In this document: positions 42,346-51,000 of the stretch, piece by piece | Layout of the letters: the number at the start of each line of letters is the position of its first letter | Numbering within the stretch: the first letter of the stretch is position 1 | Assembly: GCA_965215885.1 (NCBI GenBank) | Contig: CBDCEW010000084.1 | Coordinates: forward strand, 12,361 to 76,360 | Length of the DNA stretch: 64,000 nucleotides | Source of the DNA: Candidatus Moanibacter sp. | Lineage (GTDB): Bacteria; Verrucomicrobiota; Verrucomicrobiia; Opitutales; UBA2987 | Reading direction: 5' to 3' | Position numbers and translations under genes: made by a program | The notes under the pieces: generated by a model | Told to the model about the DNA's origin: nothing | What the model saw: the letters and a program-made list of their open reading frames with translations, nothing else | The model's database searches: none

Positions 42346-43656
42346 TTACAAGGCGTTGGCATTTGCTTGCTGAAGTCTTTTCCACACCGGTGAACCGGTG
42401 CGTTGGAGCGATTGGAGATACTTTTGCTCATCGTAGCGTTCGCTATTTTGCCAACAGCGAAACAGAATGCGGGTCCACTTGAGAGCGAGGGCACGAAGAA
42501 TGGTTTGGCGGGGTTTGCCCTGTTCTTTTTTGATCTGGTAAAAGGCCTTTGCCCAGGCACAGTTTCGGATCGAATGTTCGGCAAATTCAACGAAACTTTG
42601 CCGCACGAAGGTAGGAGCCGCCCACCGCCAGTTGACCATTCGTTTCGGTTGTCCGGTTCTTTTGTCCTGCCCGCTGTTGATCGTGACCGGAGCGGATCCA
42701 TTCCACTGGGTCATGTTCTGGGCCGTTTCGAAGTGCGAACGATCGGTCCCGAACGCGCACAGCAACCGGGGACTCATGACCTCGCCGGCTCCGGGAATGC
42801 CACTGAACACGGCTGCATCGGGATGGCTTCTGAATAGCTCCCTGATACGCTTCTCATACGCTTTGATCTGCGGGCACAGGGTCAAAAGCTGTCCGGCCAA
42901 CGTCTGTGCTTTTCTGCTGGATGCTTCAATGATGGCTGCATCTTCGGTCAAGGCTCGTGCGTTACCGATCAATTCGAGACGCTCCTGGATTTTGGCGTCA
43001 CTGCGACAGTTGTGCTTATAGAAGAACTTTCGCAAGACACCCTCCGATGCTCTGTGCAGCTTCTTGAGGGTCGGCCAACGCAATATAAAGTGCAGGCACA
43101 GGCCACTGCCTAGATCATCGAACAATTTCAAGACCAAAGGGTTATATTGCTTCAGACAACTGCCCAACTGCTGTTCGAGGCTGGTAGCCTGATCGACGAA
43201 TCCACGGCGGTCCTCGCACAACAGGTTCAGCTCCCGTGTTTGGGCCGTGTCAGGTATGAAACATTTGGTAAAAAGCTCGGGATGTTTGAGGAAAAACTCC
43301 GCGTGTATTTGCGCATCGACCGGGTCGCTCTTGGCCCCTGATGGATACAGCGCCCGGCGATAATCCTTCGCCCTGGCCGCATGCACTGGATAGATATCGA
43401 CAAACTCCAAGCCCATCAGAAAGTTGATCAACCCTCCTCGCTTCTGGTCCACCACCATGGCCATGCGCTTGCCCACGCTGGCATACTTTTCTCTCATCTC
43501 TACGGCAAATTCGTGCAAGCTGACCGCATCCTGCGCCACCTGTCGATGGGTCCCTTTTCCCGTTTCGCTCTCTATGATCCACAGATCGTTTTTCTGATCC
43601 GCCCAATCAATTCCTATCACCACACTATATCGATTTGTTTTTTCCCTTTTCTGCAT
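42346..43656 (-). CDS. IS110 DEDD recombinase/transposase
   Basis: Motifs VIGIDWA, KSDPVDA, GIPGAG and APVTINSG; 436 aa, intact. Confidence 0.93.
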   Translation of the reverse strand: MQKREKTNRYSVVIGIDWADQKNDLWIIESETGKGTHRQVAQDAVSLHEFAVEMREKYASVGKRMAMVVDQKRGGLINFLMGLEFVDIYPVHAARAKDYRRALYPSGAKSDPVDAQIHAEFFLKHPELFTKCFIPDTAQTRELNLLCEDRRGFVDQATSLEQQLGSCLKQYNPLVLKLFDDLGSGLCLHFILRWPTLKKLHRASEGVLRKFFYKHNCRSDAKIQERLELIGNARALTEDAAIIEASSRKAQTLAGQLLTLCPQIKAYEKRIRELFRSHPDAAVFSGIPGAGEVMSPRLLCAFGTDRSHFETAQNMTQWNGSAPVTINSGQDKRTGQPKRMVNWRWAAPTFVRQSFVEFAEHSIRNCAWAKAFYQIKKEQGKPRQTILRALALKWTRILFRCWQNSERYDEQKYLQSLQRTGSPVWKRLQQANANAL

Positions 43657-43699
43657 CCCTTTGTTCCTTTAGTTTGTCTTTTTGCTTTTTTCAAAGGCA

Positions 43700-43985
43700 C
43701 TGGATGTCCAGGCGAAGTCCTTATAGTTGGATCCTGTTATGAGGATGTAAACTGAGTGTTCGTTTTCGGTCATCCAGGCAGGCCGTCCACTCGAAATTCT
43801 GTCGGAAGTCCTCTTCGGACTGATTCCTAAGTTCGTAGTGGACGGCTGCCTTTGAATATTTTCACCCTTAGCCAAACAAACTCTTTGACCCATCGCCAAC
43901 CACTGATCGGCCAAGTTATTCACAAAGGGGCCTCGCCGAGTTTTTCCTGCGGCTCCACTCGGTCCCTTGGATGAATAACCTGGAG
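43700..43985 (-). ncRNA. predicted IS110 bridge RNA (5' hairpin, target-binding loop, donor-binding loop)
   Basis: Two stem-enclosed internal loops, each closed by CGAA/UUCG. Guides match the MITE terminal repeat (43798-43806, 43822-43831) and the circle junction (43720-43727, 43747-43756). Transcript ends are estimates. Confidence 0.8.
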
Positions 43986-44453
43986 CTACTATAAGTAAAC
44001 TGAGGTGTCTGGAAACTTGAGGTGCACCAGTCCAAATTTCTGGGAAAATGCAAAAGGGATGCCGACCAAGAATAGAGAAGGGAGAGTAAGATGCACGAGC
44101 CCGCTAAATCGTTTTCCCAACGCGACTCCAATCCCCATTCCCAGAAAAGCGCCGATTAATACAATGTTGTTGAAGTAGGCGAATATCCTGATCTGGGTTG
44201 TGCTCCAGCGGATTATTGCCAGCTCAAGGGCTAATATTCCGAAGGTCGCCAATCCAATTTTGAAAGCGACTGGTCCGCCTTTCTCAGCCCACCCCGTCTC
44301 CTTTAGCAGGTTCAAGCGCATTTTGAGAGCGAGAGTTCTCTTCTCGTAGAAAAACCTTTACCCTTCATCAGCTGTAGGAGTAAACTGGGAGTGAATCTTC
44401 TCTAGGTGCCTGTCGGCGAAGTGAGAAAGTCTCTTAGGATCGTTTGTAGATTC

Positions 44454-44573
44454 ATGAAAAATCAGCCTGACGGTAAAGAGAGCGCGAGAGCACGCCGACA
44501 TTTAATGATCTTATACGGATTTATGGCCCTGTTTATTGGGCTCCCATTCGTCCTCTTTTTCATCTTCCTCTAA
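44454..44573 (+). CDS. 39-aa single-TM small protein
   Basis: MKNQPDGKESARARRHLMILYGFMALFIGLPFVLFFIFL*; below the ORF-track size cutoff. Confidence 0.55.
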   Translation: MKNQPDGKESARARRHLMILYGFMALFIGLPFVLFFIFL

Positions 44574-44696
44574 CCGGGAGTGTTACTTATTAATAAAAAA
44601 ACCCCGTGGTTAAATATTAAGCCTGGCGTTCTCGGATTCATTATTTTTTGAGATTAGTTTAATGATCAGGTTCAGTCAGTTTCCGGAAGTGTAGTC

Positions 44697-45707
44697 ATGA
44701 CCAAGACTATCTTAATAATCCGGGTGTTCTTTTTTATGCTCTGCATTTTCGGGAGTTGGTTGGTCTGGTACTCCAATAAGGACTGGGAACAGTATCTTTG
44801 GCTTAACCTGTTTATGGGCGCGAGTCTGGGAGCCTTCGTCATCCTCGTCGATATCTTTCTAAAAGGTTTTTCTTTGAGGGGGTTAACGGCGCTAACCTTT
44901 GGATTGTTTGTCGGGTGGCTTATCGCCTACTTTATTTCGGAGTCGCCTCTTTTTGAAAGTGGGGAGCCCCAAACTCTATTTATGGTCCGGTTGGCCCTTT
45001 TTGTGATCATGATGTATCTCGGGGCCGTTATCGCCTTGAGAGGGCGCGACGAGTTTAATCTGGTTATCCCGTATATCCGATTTGTCCCCCACGGGGTTGA
45101 TGTGCCTTTAGTGGTGGTCGACACAAGCGCCCTTATCGATGGGCGCATTTACGGTATTTGTGCGACCAAGTTTATGGGATACGCTCTCGTAATTCCACGA
45201 TTTGTCCTCGACGAGTTGCAAGCTATCGCGGATTCGCCTGATCCTCAACGCCAGGCCAGAGGCCGTAAAGGTCTTGAAGTCTTAAATGAGTTAAACCAGG
45301 TCGTGAACCTTGATATTCGCATCCACGAGAGCGATCTGAGCAGCCACCAGAATGTCGATTCCAAGATTATCTTTCTGGCCGAGTCACTCAAAGCAAAGAT
45401 TATCTCGACAGACTTTAACCTGGCGCAGATGGCGGAGTTTCAGGGTGTCGAATGGTTGAATATCAATGCCTTGGCGAAAGCATTGAATCCGGAACTGATC
45501 ATCGGTGAGACGTTGGAGGTGGAACTCGTCAAAACCGGCAAAGAGGCCGGACAGGCGTTGGGTTTCTTGAACGACGGATCGATGGTCGTAGTAAACGATG
45601 GTAAGAAATTCCTCGGGAGAAAGGTGCGCATCGAAGTCCAGAGCGTTCTCCCGTCGGCGGGAGGTAAGATGGTGTTTGCCAAGATTCTCGAACCTATCGG
45701 GGACTAG
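44697..45707 (+). CDS. PIN/TRAM domain membrane protein (YacL-like)
   Basis: N-terminal TMs; PIN motifs VDTSALIDGRI, ELQAIADS and TDFNL; TRAM motif GFLNDGSMVVV. Confidence 0.92.
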   Translation: MTKTILIIRVFFFMLCIFGSWLVWYSNKDWEQYLWLNLFMGASLGAFVILVDIFLKGFSLRGLTALTFGLFVGWLIAYFISESPLFESGEPQTLFMVRLALFVIMMYLGAVIALRGRDEFNLVIPYIRFVPHGVDVPLVVVDTSALIDGRIYGICATKFMGYALVIPRFVLDELQAIADSPDPQRQARGRKGLEVLNELNQVVNLDIRIHESDLSSHQNVDSKIIFLAESLKAKIISTDFNLAQMAEFQGVEWLNINALAKALNPELIIGETLEVELVKTGKEAGQALGFLNDGSMVVVNDGKKFLGRKVRIEVQSVLPSAGGKMVFAKILEPIGD

Positions 45708-45955
45708 CAGCCTTATAGTCGGACTTTTATGTCTCTTTCGGAAGCATTTCCCTTTATTTTCCGGAAAATTATCCGAAGATATAAGAAACTTATGAGGTGT
45801 GATATAACTTTTGATGTCAAAATTTGCATAAAAAGGCGTCTATACCGGTTTTTTTTCTTGGCAAAGAATGAAAAGTACGCTTATCTGGGAGGCCCCCTAT
45901 AATTGGGGGACTATATCTTGAATCAGAAACATATAAAAATAGAGGAGAATATAAT

Positions 45956-46303
45956 ATGAATTATAAGACTACGAAAAAAGGGTTTACCCTTGTGGAAATC
46001 ATGATCGTGGTAGTCATTATCGGGCTACTGGCGGCAATGGCAATTCCGGCCTTCAACAAAGTTCGAGCTACCTCACAGGATAAGGCAGTAACGAATAACT
46101 TGCGGCAATTTGCCTCCGCAGCTCAGCAGTATATGTTGGACGAGGGGGTAGCGAGTGTTTCGTCGACGAATATTGTGGGCGTTGGGTTGCATATCAGCGT
46201 TCTTGACCAGGTTGCGGATGAGACCTATGTGCTGACGGTGGCAACCAATACGACTCGAATATCTACTACTGTAAATACTCGCACGATCAATTACGATTTC
46301 TAA
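45956..46303 (+). CDS. short type IV pilin
   Basis: Class III signal [25 protein letters not shown]; strong RBS GAGGAG; own terminator. Confidence 0.92.
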   Translation: MNYKTTKKGFTLVEIMIVVVIIGLLAAMAIPAFNKVRATSQDKAVTNNLRQFASAAQQYMLDEGVASVSSTNIVGVGLHISVLDQVADETYVLTVATNTTRISTTVNTRTINYDF

Positions 46304-46322
46304 TTAGATTCGAGCATTTTCG

Positions 46323-46359
46323 GGCCGCCTTCTTCTGTTGAGGAAGGCGGCCTTTTTTT
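46323..46359 (+). terminator. intrinsic terminator after the pilin
   Basis: GGCCGCCTTC / GAAGGCGGCC stem followed by T7. Confidence 0.85.
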
Positions 46360-46493
46360 GTTCGGCTTTGCCGGAGCCCGCATTCCCTCATTGGGTAAGC
46401 TTTAGGGACTGCCGGCAGCCGCAATTCGACCGATACGCGACTGCGGAATTGATGAGAAAAGCGAGCTAAGGCATCGTGTAAACAAGCTGGAAG

Positions 46494-48434
46494 ATGCGTC
46501 TTCGTCTATTACTGCTCGTATTTAACACGGTACTTGCGTTGGGCTTCAGTTGTGTGCTGGTGGATCCGTTGTGGGCGGAACTGATGATCGTGTATGGGGG
46601 CTACCCCATTATATTTGTAACTTTCCTGATATTCGTTTGGTCGCTGGCAAGGTTGTTTCAGGGGGAAGTCCGAAGTGTCCGATTTTCGCGAAACAGTGTC
46701 GTCTTTCTGGTAACGATTGTGGGTTCCTCTTCGCTACTGCTGTTACACGAGCCTTTCGATTTTAAAATTGTCATGGATGAACTGGTGCTTCTTGGCATTT
46801 CCATGAAGATGCACTTTGAGAAGATCGTTGCGGTAGCAGTCAGATCAAATGACTACTTTGGAAGTTTTGAGCTAATTGGGGGATATCTGGACAAACGTCC
46901 TTTTTTTCATCCCTTCCTCCTCTCTTTGGTGCATACACTTACAGGGTATAGACCGGAGAACGCATTTGTTCTGAACGGGGCGCTGACCTTTGTGCTTCTC
47001 GTCCTGGTCTATTCATACGGGCGGAAGCTCGTTGATGCATCTGTTGGAATCCTGGCGGTGCTTTTGATTGCGAGCGTGCCCTTAGTCGGACAGAATGCGA
47101 CGGGCGGACATTTTGAGATATTGAACCTCGTCATGATCGTCGCAGCGATGCTGTTATCTTGTCGGTATTTGGAGCAACCTGATGAGCGCTCTCTTGCTTC
47201 ACTCTGCTATTGCGGACTGCTCTTGGCCCAGACGCGATATGAGTCGGTCGTATTCGTATTATCGATCGGCGCGGTTGTGCTGATAGGTTGGGTCAGAGCA
47301 GGGAAACCGATTCTCTCGTGGCCAACCGTGTTCGCGCCTTTGTTGCTGGTTGGATATCCCCTTCATTTTCGAGTGACGATGTCGAGGCCCGACTTTTCCC
47401 AGCTCGCTGGTAAGGGACTTGAAAATGCATTCAGCCTGGAGTACGTGGGATACAATCTCGTGCGTGCCGTTAATTACCTGTTTCACATGGGACAGGTCCT
47501 CTCCAATTCAATATTTCTGTCTCTCTTGGGAGTAATCGGCCTTATCATTTTTCTTGGATTTGTCTGCTGGCGATGGCGAGAGGTATGGGAGAAGAAAACC
47601 GCGCATCTTGTGCTCTTTATTTTCACGGTCGGAGTTATGCTTTCTTTTGCACTGACAATGGGTTATCACTGGGGGCAATATGACGATCCTATAGCCAGTC
47701 GTTTTAGCCTGTCTTTGGCACTTGTTTTTGTGTTTGTTTGCCCCGTTGCGCTGAGAATTGTGCCGGGACCGTACCTTCTTTCAGTACTGGTCTTGTTCGG
47801 TTACAATATCTGGTTTTTCATTTGGGATCTCGAACCTCTCGAAGTTGTAACGATGGGCGTGAGGCTGATTCTCGTCTTCATTATCGCCTGCGCGCTGACC
47901 TTGATTTGGCTGCTCAAAGGTAAGAATATGGTGAATTTCATGATAGCGGCCACCTTGGTGTTCATCGTTTTTATGACCATTCCCGTCCTCGCCAATCATC
48001 GCTACTCCCAGATTTCGACGCCCGCCACTGAAGTGCGGATGATGCGGGAATTTTTTAAGGAGAATCCAAGGAGAGATTACTTCTTTACCTCCAGGAGCGC
48101 TTTAGTGGCGAGCACGCATCTCGTCTCTTCGGCGACGATACGCAAGGTTCGCGAGAATCCCGAGACGATCGCCGAGCATATTCTGCACCGAAACTACAAT
48201 GCGATATATGCCTTTCAGCTGGTCGATGTCCATCCGGATACCGGGGAGCTTCATATCGTCGATAAATACGATCTTGGCCCTCGATTCGTTTACGAAACGG
48301 TAATCGAACGCAGGCTGGTACCCTTACAGCTCGCGCGCATCGTGCGTATCGTCGCTGTGAAATCGCCGGAAGAGGGTGGCGAGAACACACTCGAAGCCGA
48401 TTCGGAATCTTCCCAGTCAGCGGCGCTGGAATGA
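46494..48434 (+). CDS. multi-pass GT-C-type glycosyltransferase-like protein
   Basis: DE in the first loop; LDKRPFFHPFL and GYRPEN motifs; many TMs; paralog of 59659..61497. Confidence 0.72.
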   Translation: MRLRLLLLVFNTVLALGFSCVLVDPLWAELMIVYGGYPIIFVTFLIFVWSLARLFQGEVRSVRFSRNSVVFLVTIVGSSSLLLLHEPFDFKIVMDELVLLGISMKMHFEKIVAVAVRSNDYFGSFELIGGYLDKRPFFHPFLLSLVHTLTGYRPENAFVLNGALTFVLLVLVYSYGRKLVDASVGILAVLLIASVPLVGQNATGGHFEILNLVMIVAAMLLSCRYLEQPDERSLASLCYCGLLLAQTRYESVVFVLSIGAVVLIGWVRAGKPILSWPTVFAPLLLVGYPLHFRVTMSRPDFSQLAGKGLENAFSLEYVGYNLVRAVNYLFHMGQVLSNSIFLSLLGVIGLIIFLGFVCWRWREVWEKKTAHLVLFIFTVGVMLSFALTMGYHWGQYDDPIASRFSLSLALVFVFVCPVALRIVPGPYLLSVLVLFGYNIWFFIWDLEPLEVVTMGVRLILVFIIACALTLIWLLKGKNMVNFMIAATLVFIVFMTIPVLANHRYSQISTPATEVRMMREFFKENPRRDYFFTSRSALVASTHLVSSATIRKVRENPETIAEHILHRNYNAIYAFQLVDVHPDTGELHIVDKYDLGPRFVYETVIERRLVPLQLARIVRIVAVKSPEEGGENTLEADSESSQSAALE

Positions 48435-48695
48435 ATTTCAAAAAGACACAGTTTTTCTGTACAGCGATACTCGGCGGGTCAGCCTTTGTCTCGAAGAAGA
48501 CGGATTTCTCTCTTCCTCTCAGCTCGAATTGGCGTGAGAATTTTTCCTCTTGGGTGTCGAAGTTTCCAGCTTCAACTTTATTATGATCAGGAGTTATGAT
48601 TATCGGACGATCTTTCTTCTCTTCACCCTACCCTACCTCTTTGATATGGCGAAAGTTCCGGAGGCAGCCAAATCGCTTCTAAGGAATTCTTCCCG

Positions 48696-49985
48696 ATGGA
48701 AAGAGCAGGTGTGAATCATAGAAGGATACAATTTGTCTGTATGGCGCTGTTGGTTGGCAGCCTCCTGTTTTATGTCACTCTGTATCCTCCCGCCTGGAGG
48801 CTTTTCATTGGCCCATATTACATGGGGTATCCATTTCTGGATCTGCATGGCGTCCTCTCCTATGCCGAAGGGTATAATCGGGGTTGGAACTTAAGGACAT
48901 TGGAGTCCAACCCCTTGGACTTTTTGAAAAGGGGAAATACGGCATATCCCAATCTGTGGTATTCTCTCCCCGGAGCGTTAGGATTTACGCGTCAACATGA
49001 AATCCCTTTGGCTCTTATGATTGTCGTGGGATTTCTCTCCTTCCTCCTCTTTTTTCTCTACCCCCGTTCGTGGAAGGATGTCTTAATCGGTTTTCTTGTT
49101 ATTTGCTCACCGGGAGCACTCCTGGCAATGGAGCGTGGCAATAACGATCTCGTGATTTTTTTGTTGCTCGCCATCGTCCCGCTCTGCTTCGAGTGGCGGT
49201 CGCGTGTGGGATTTCCATTGGCGTGGACAGTGCTGCTGTTTGCCACAGCCCTCAAGTACTATCCGATTACCGGATATATTCTCTTTGTGAGGAATATAAA
49301 GCAGCTGCGCCTACTGTTTTGGTATGCATTTGCGGCCTTCTTCGCGGTTTCGGCCTATTTCGCAGTCAATGTGGAGGATTTTCTTCAGGTTCCCCGGAAT
49401 CTTCGGGCCTACACAGATCCCATCGACGTTTTCACTTTCGGAGCAAAGGGCTTCTTTTATTTTATCAGTTATGACAGAGAATACCTTGGAGTCTCCGTCC
49501 TTCTCGGCTTTCTGGCTATCTTGGGTGGGGCCGCCTTTTTCGCGAAAAAGACCGATTCTTCACTTCTACCGAGCTCTCAATGGCGTGAGAATTATTTCCT
49601 CTTGGGTGTCGCTATCTCGGCTTTCGCATTTTTTTTGATCAGCAGTTACGATTATCGGACCATTTTTCTTCTCTTTACGTTCCCTTACCTCCTTGAATTG
49701 GGAAAAGACTCAGGGGAAGCCAATCGTCTCAGGATAGCGGCGCGGGTTCTCACAGCGCTTCTGATTATCGTGATGTGGATCGAAACGGTCTACTTTTTTG
49801 TGGTCTTAGACCCGGTTCAACGCCAGTGGCATGCGGTAGGGGTCGGGTACGTGGTACTCATCAAGCACGGTTTGGCGTGGATTGTGATGGCAATGCTGGT
49901 AGGGTTGGCTTTCCTGCTTCTGAAGCCGAGTGTAGCGAGACTTTGGGCATCTCTTCCACCATTGATAAAAGAGAAATCGGGATAG
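48696..49985 (+). CDS. GT87-like membrane glycosyltransferase
   Basis: Motifs FLDL, AYP, ERGNNDLVIF, LKYYP and YDYR. Confidence 0.72.
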   Translation: MERAGVNHRRIQFVCMALLVGSLLFYVTLYPPAWRLFIGPYYMGYPFLDLHGVLSYAEGYNRGWNLRTLESNPLDFLKRGNTAYPNLWYSLPGALGFTRQHEIPLALMIVVGFLSFLLFFLYPRSWKDVLIGFLVICSPGALLAMERGNNDLVIFLLLAIVPLCFEWRSRVGFPLAWTVLLFATALKYYPITGYILFVRNIKQLRLLFWYAFAAFFAVSAYFAVNVEDFLQVPRNLRAYTDPIDVFTFGAKGFFYFISYDREYLGVSVLLGFLAILGGAAFFAKKTDSSLLPSSQWRENYFLLGVAISAFAFFLISSYDYRTIFLLFTFPYLLELGKDSGEANRLRIAARVLTALLIIVMWIETVYFFVVLDPVQRQWHAVGVGYVVLIKHGLAWIVMAMLVGLAFLLLKPSVARLWASLPPLIKEKSG

Positions 49986-50080
49986 GAATCTGTCGGCCGA
50001 ATCCGCGTCGGAATGTCGATCTGTCACCATAAAATCCGCTTCCCGGTGATGTTGGGAATTCTAAGTCCGACAGATTCCTA
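49983..50080 (+). mobile_element. 98-bp MITE, copy B
   Basis: Same 14-bp terminal repeat and length as copy A, with shared internal GCGTCGGAATGTCGATCTGTCACCAT. Begins at the upstream TAG stop. Confidence 0.85.
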
Positions 50081-50157
50081 ACCTGTGAATTTCACCGAGA
50101 TTTCCGGATCAATGGGAGGCAGCGCACGAAACTCATCGTGAGTAAAAGGAAGGTAGC

Positions 50158-51000
50158 GTGTCATCTGATAAAGAGTATACCTCGCCGTTAGACAAAGCGT
50201 GGTTTTGTCTGTGCAAAGAAGCGTATAACGTAATGGTGACTTCGCTTGGCCTTTGCCTGATATACTGCTACTTGCTCTGGCTTCCCTATGCCTCCTTTCT
50301 TTTGCAAAGCGGTGCTTACAGTGAGGTGCCAAAACAGTATGGATTTTCAGTTTTCGAACTCTCTCCATGGAAGTATTGGGGACACGCGCTTCTAGTTATT
50401 GGATGTCTATCGGGAGTTGCCCTTGTCTTTAGGCGATACGTAAGGATCTTCCTTTGCATTCACCTGATGATTTTCTCGGGACTGATCGTATCGGTCCCCT
50501 TTTCTTTGAGTGCGGATCATAAGATCGCTTGCGTTCTGATGTTGTGGCTCCTGCTGCTTCCAACCGGATTCGATGCCCGGGGCTACTATACCGGCCTCGC
50601 CGTTTTTGGTCTCAGGTTTCAGCTCGGGCTCATTTATTTCTGTGGCACTCTCTATAAACTGTTCGATCCGTCTTGGGTGACCGGAAATGCCCTCTTAGTA
50701 GGGCTACTTAACATGGTATCCGCCTCTTCGCTCGGTCTCGCATTCGGGCTACATGTGCCACCCTACATACACGGGATTTTAACCTATCTGTCGTTGGCGG
50801 TCGAAATGCTGGCCCTTCCGTTAATTCTCATTCCCGTTGGATCCAGTTGGATTCGGCGAGCTCTCTTCTGCACGCTGGGCCTCTTCCATTTGGGGACATT
50901 CTTTCTCTTCGATCTGGGGATGTTTCCCTTCATCATGATTACTTATCTTTTCTCTCTTCTTGAAACCGATGATTTCAGAATCTTTCAAAGAAAGACTTAG
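50158..51000 (+). CDS. HTTM-domain-like membrane protein
   Basis: Motifs QLGLIYF...YKL...WVTGNAL and LFHLG...LGMFPFIM. Confidence 0.62.
   Translation: MSSDKEYTSPLDKAWFCLCKEAYNVMVTSLGLCLIYCYLLWLPYASFLLQSGAYSEVPKQYGFSVFELSPWKYWGHALLVIGCLSGVALVFRRYVRIFLCIHLMIFSGLIVSVPFSLSADHKIACVLMLWLLLLPTGFDARGYYTGLAVFGLRFQLGLIYFCGTLYKLFDPSWVTGNALLVGLLNMVSASSLGLAFGLHVPPYIHGILTYLSLAVEMLALPLILIPVGSSWIRRALFCTLGLFHLGTFFLFDLGMFPFIMITYLFSLLETDDFRIFQRKT

Larger units (their letters stand above)
42292..43993 (-). mobile_element. IS110-family element (1702 bp, CT core)
   Basis: Removing it restores the host reading SVYLWGAEH. Long non-coding left end (~335 bp) and short right end (~55 bp). Confidence 0.9.
40525..44321 (-). 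pseudogene. membrane protein with spermidine-synthase-like SAM domain, interrupted by IS110
   Basis: 5' part 43994..44321 (LELAIIRW, FLGMGIG); 3' part below 42291 (AYSADLLGSLLG, VGAGTGNDV, LRLDNYVYT, TSDDWPFLY). An additional frameshift lies near 42262-42270. Confidence 0.88.

Noticed and set aside
44697..45707. PIN toxin of a toxin-antitoxin pair
   Set aside because: TM-PIN-TRAM architecture is the conserved YacL type, with no antitoxin-like neighbour.
45800..45880. Sigma54 promoter for the pilin
   Set aside because: TGGCA and TTGC elements are not at -24/-12 spacing.
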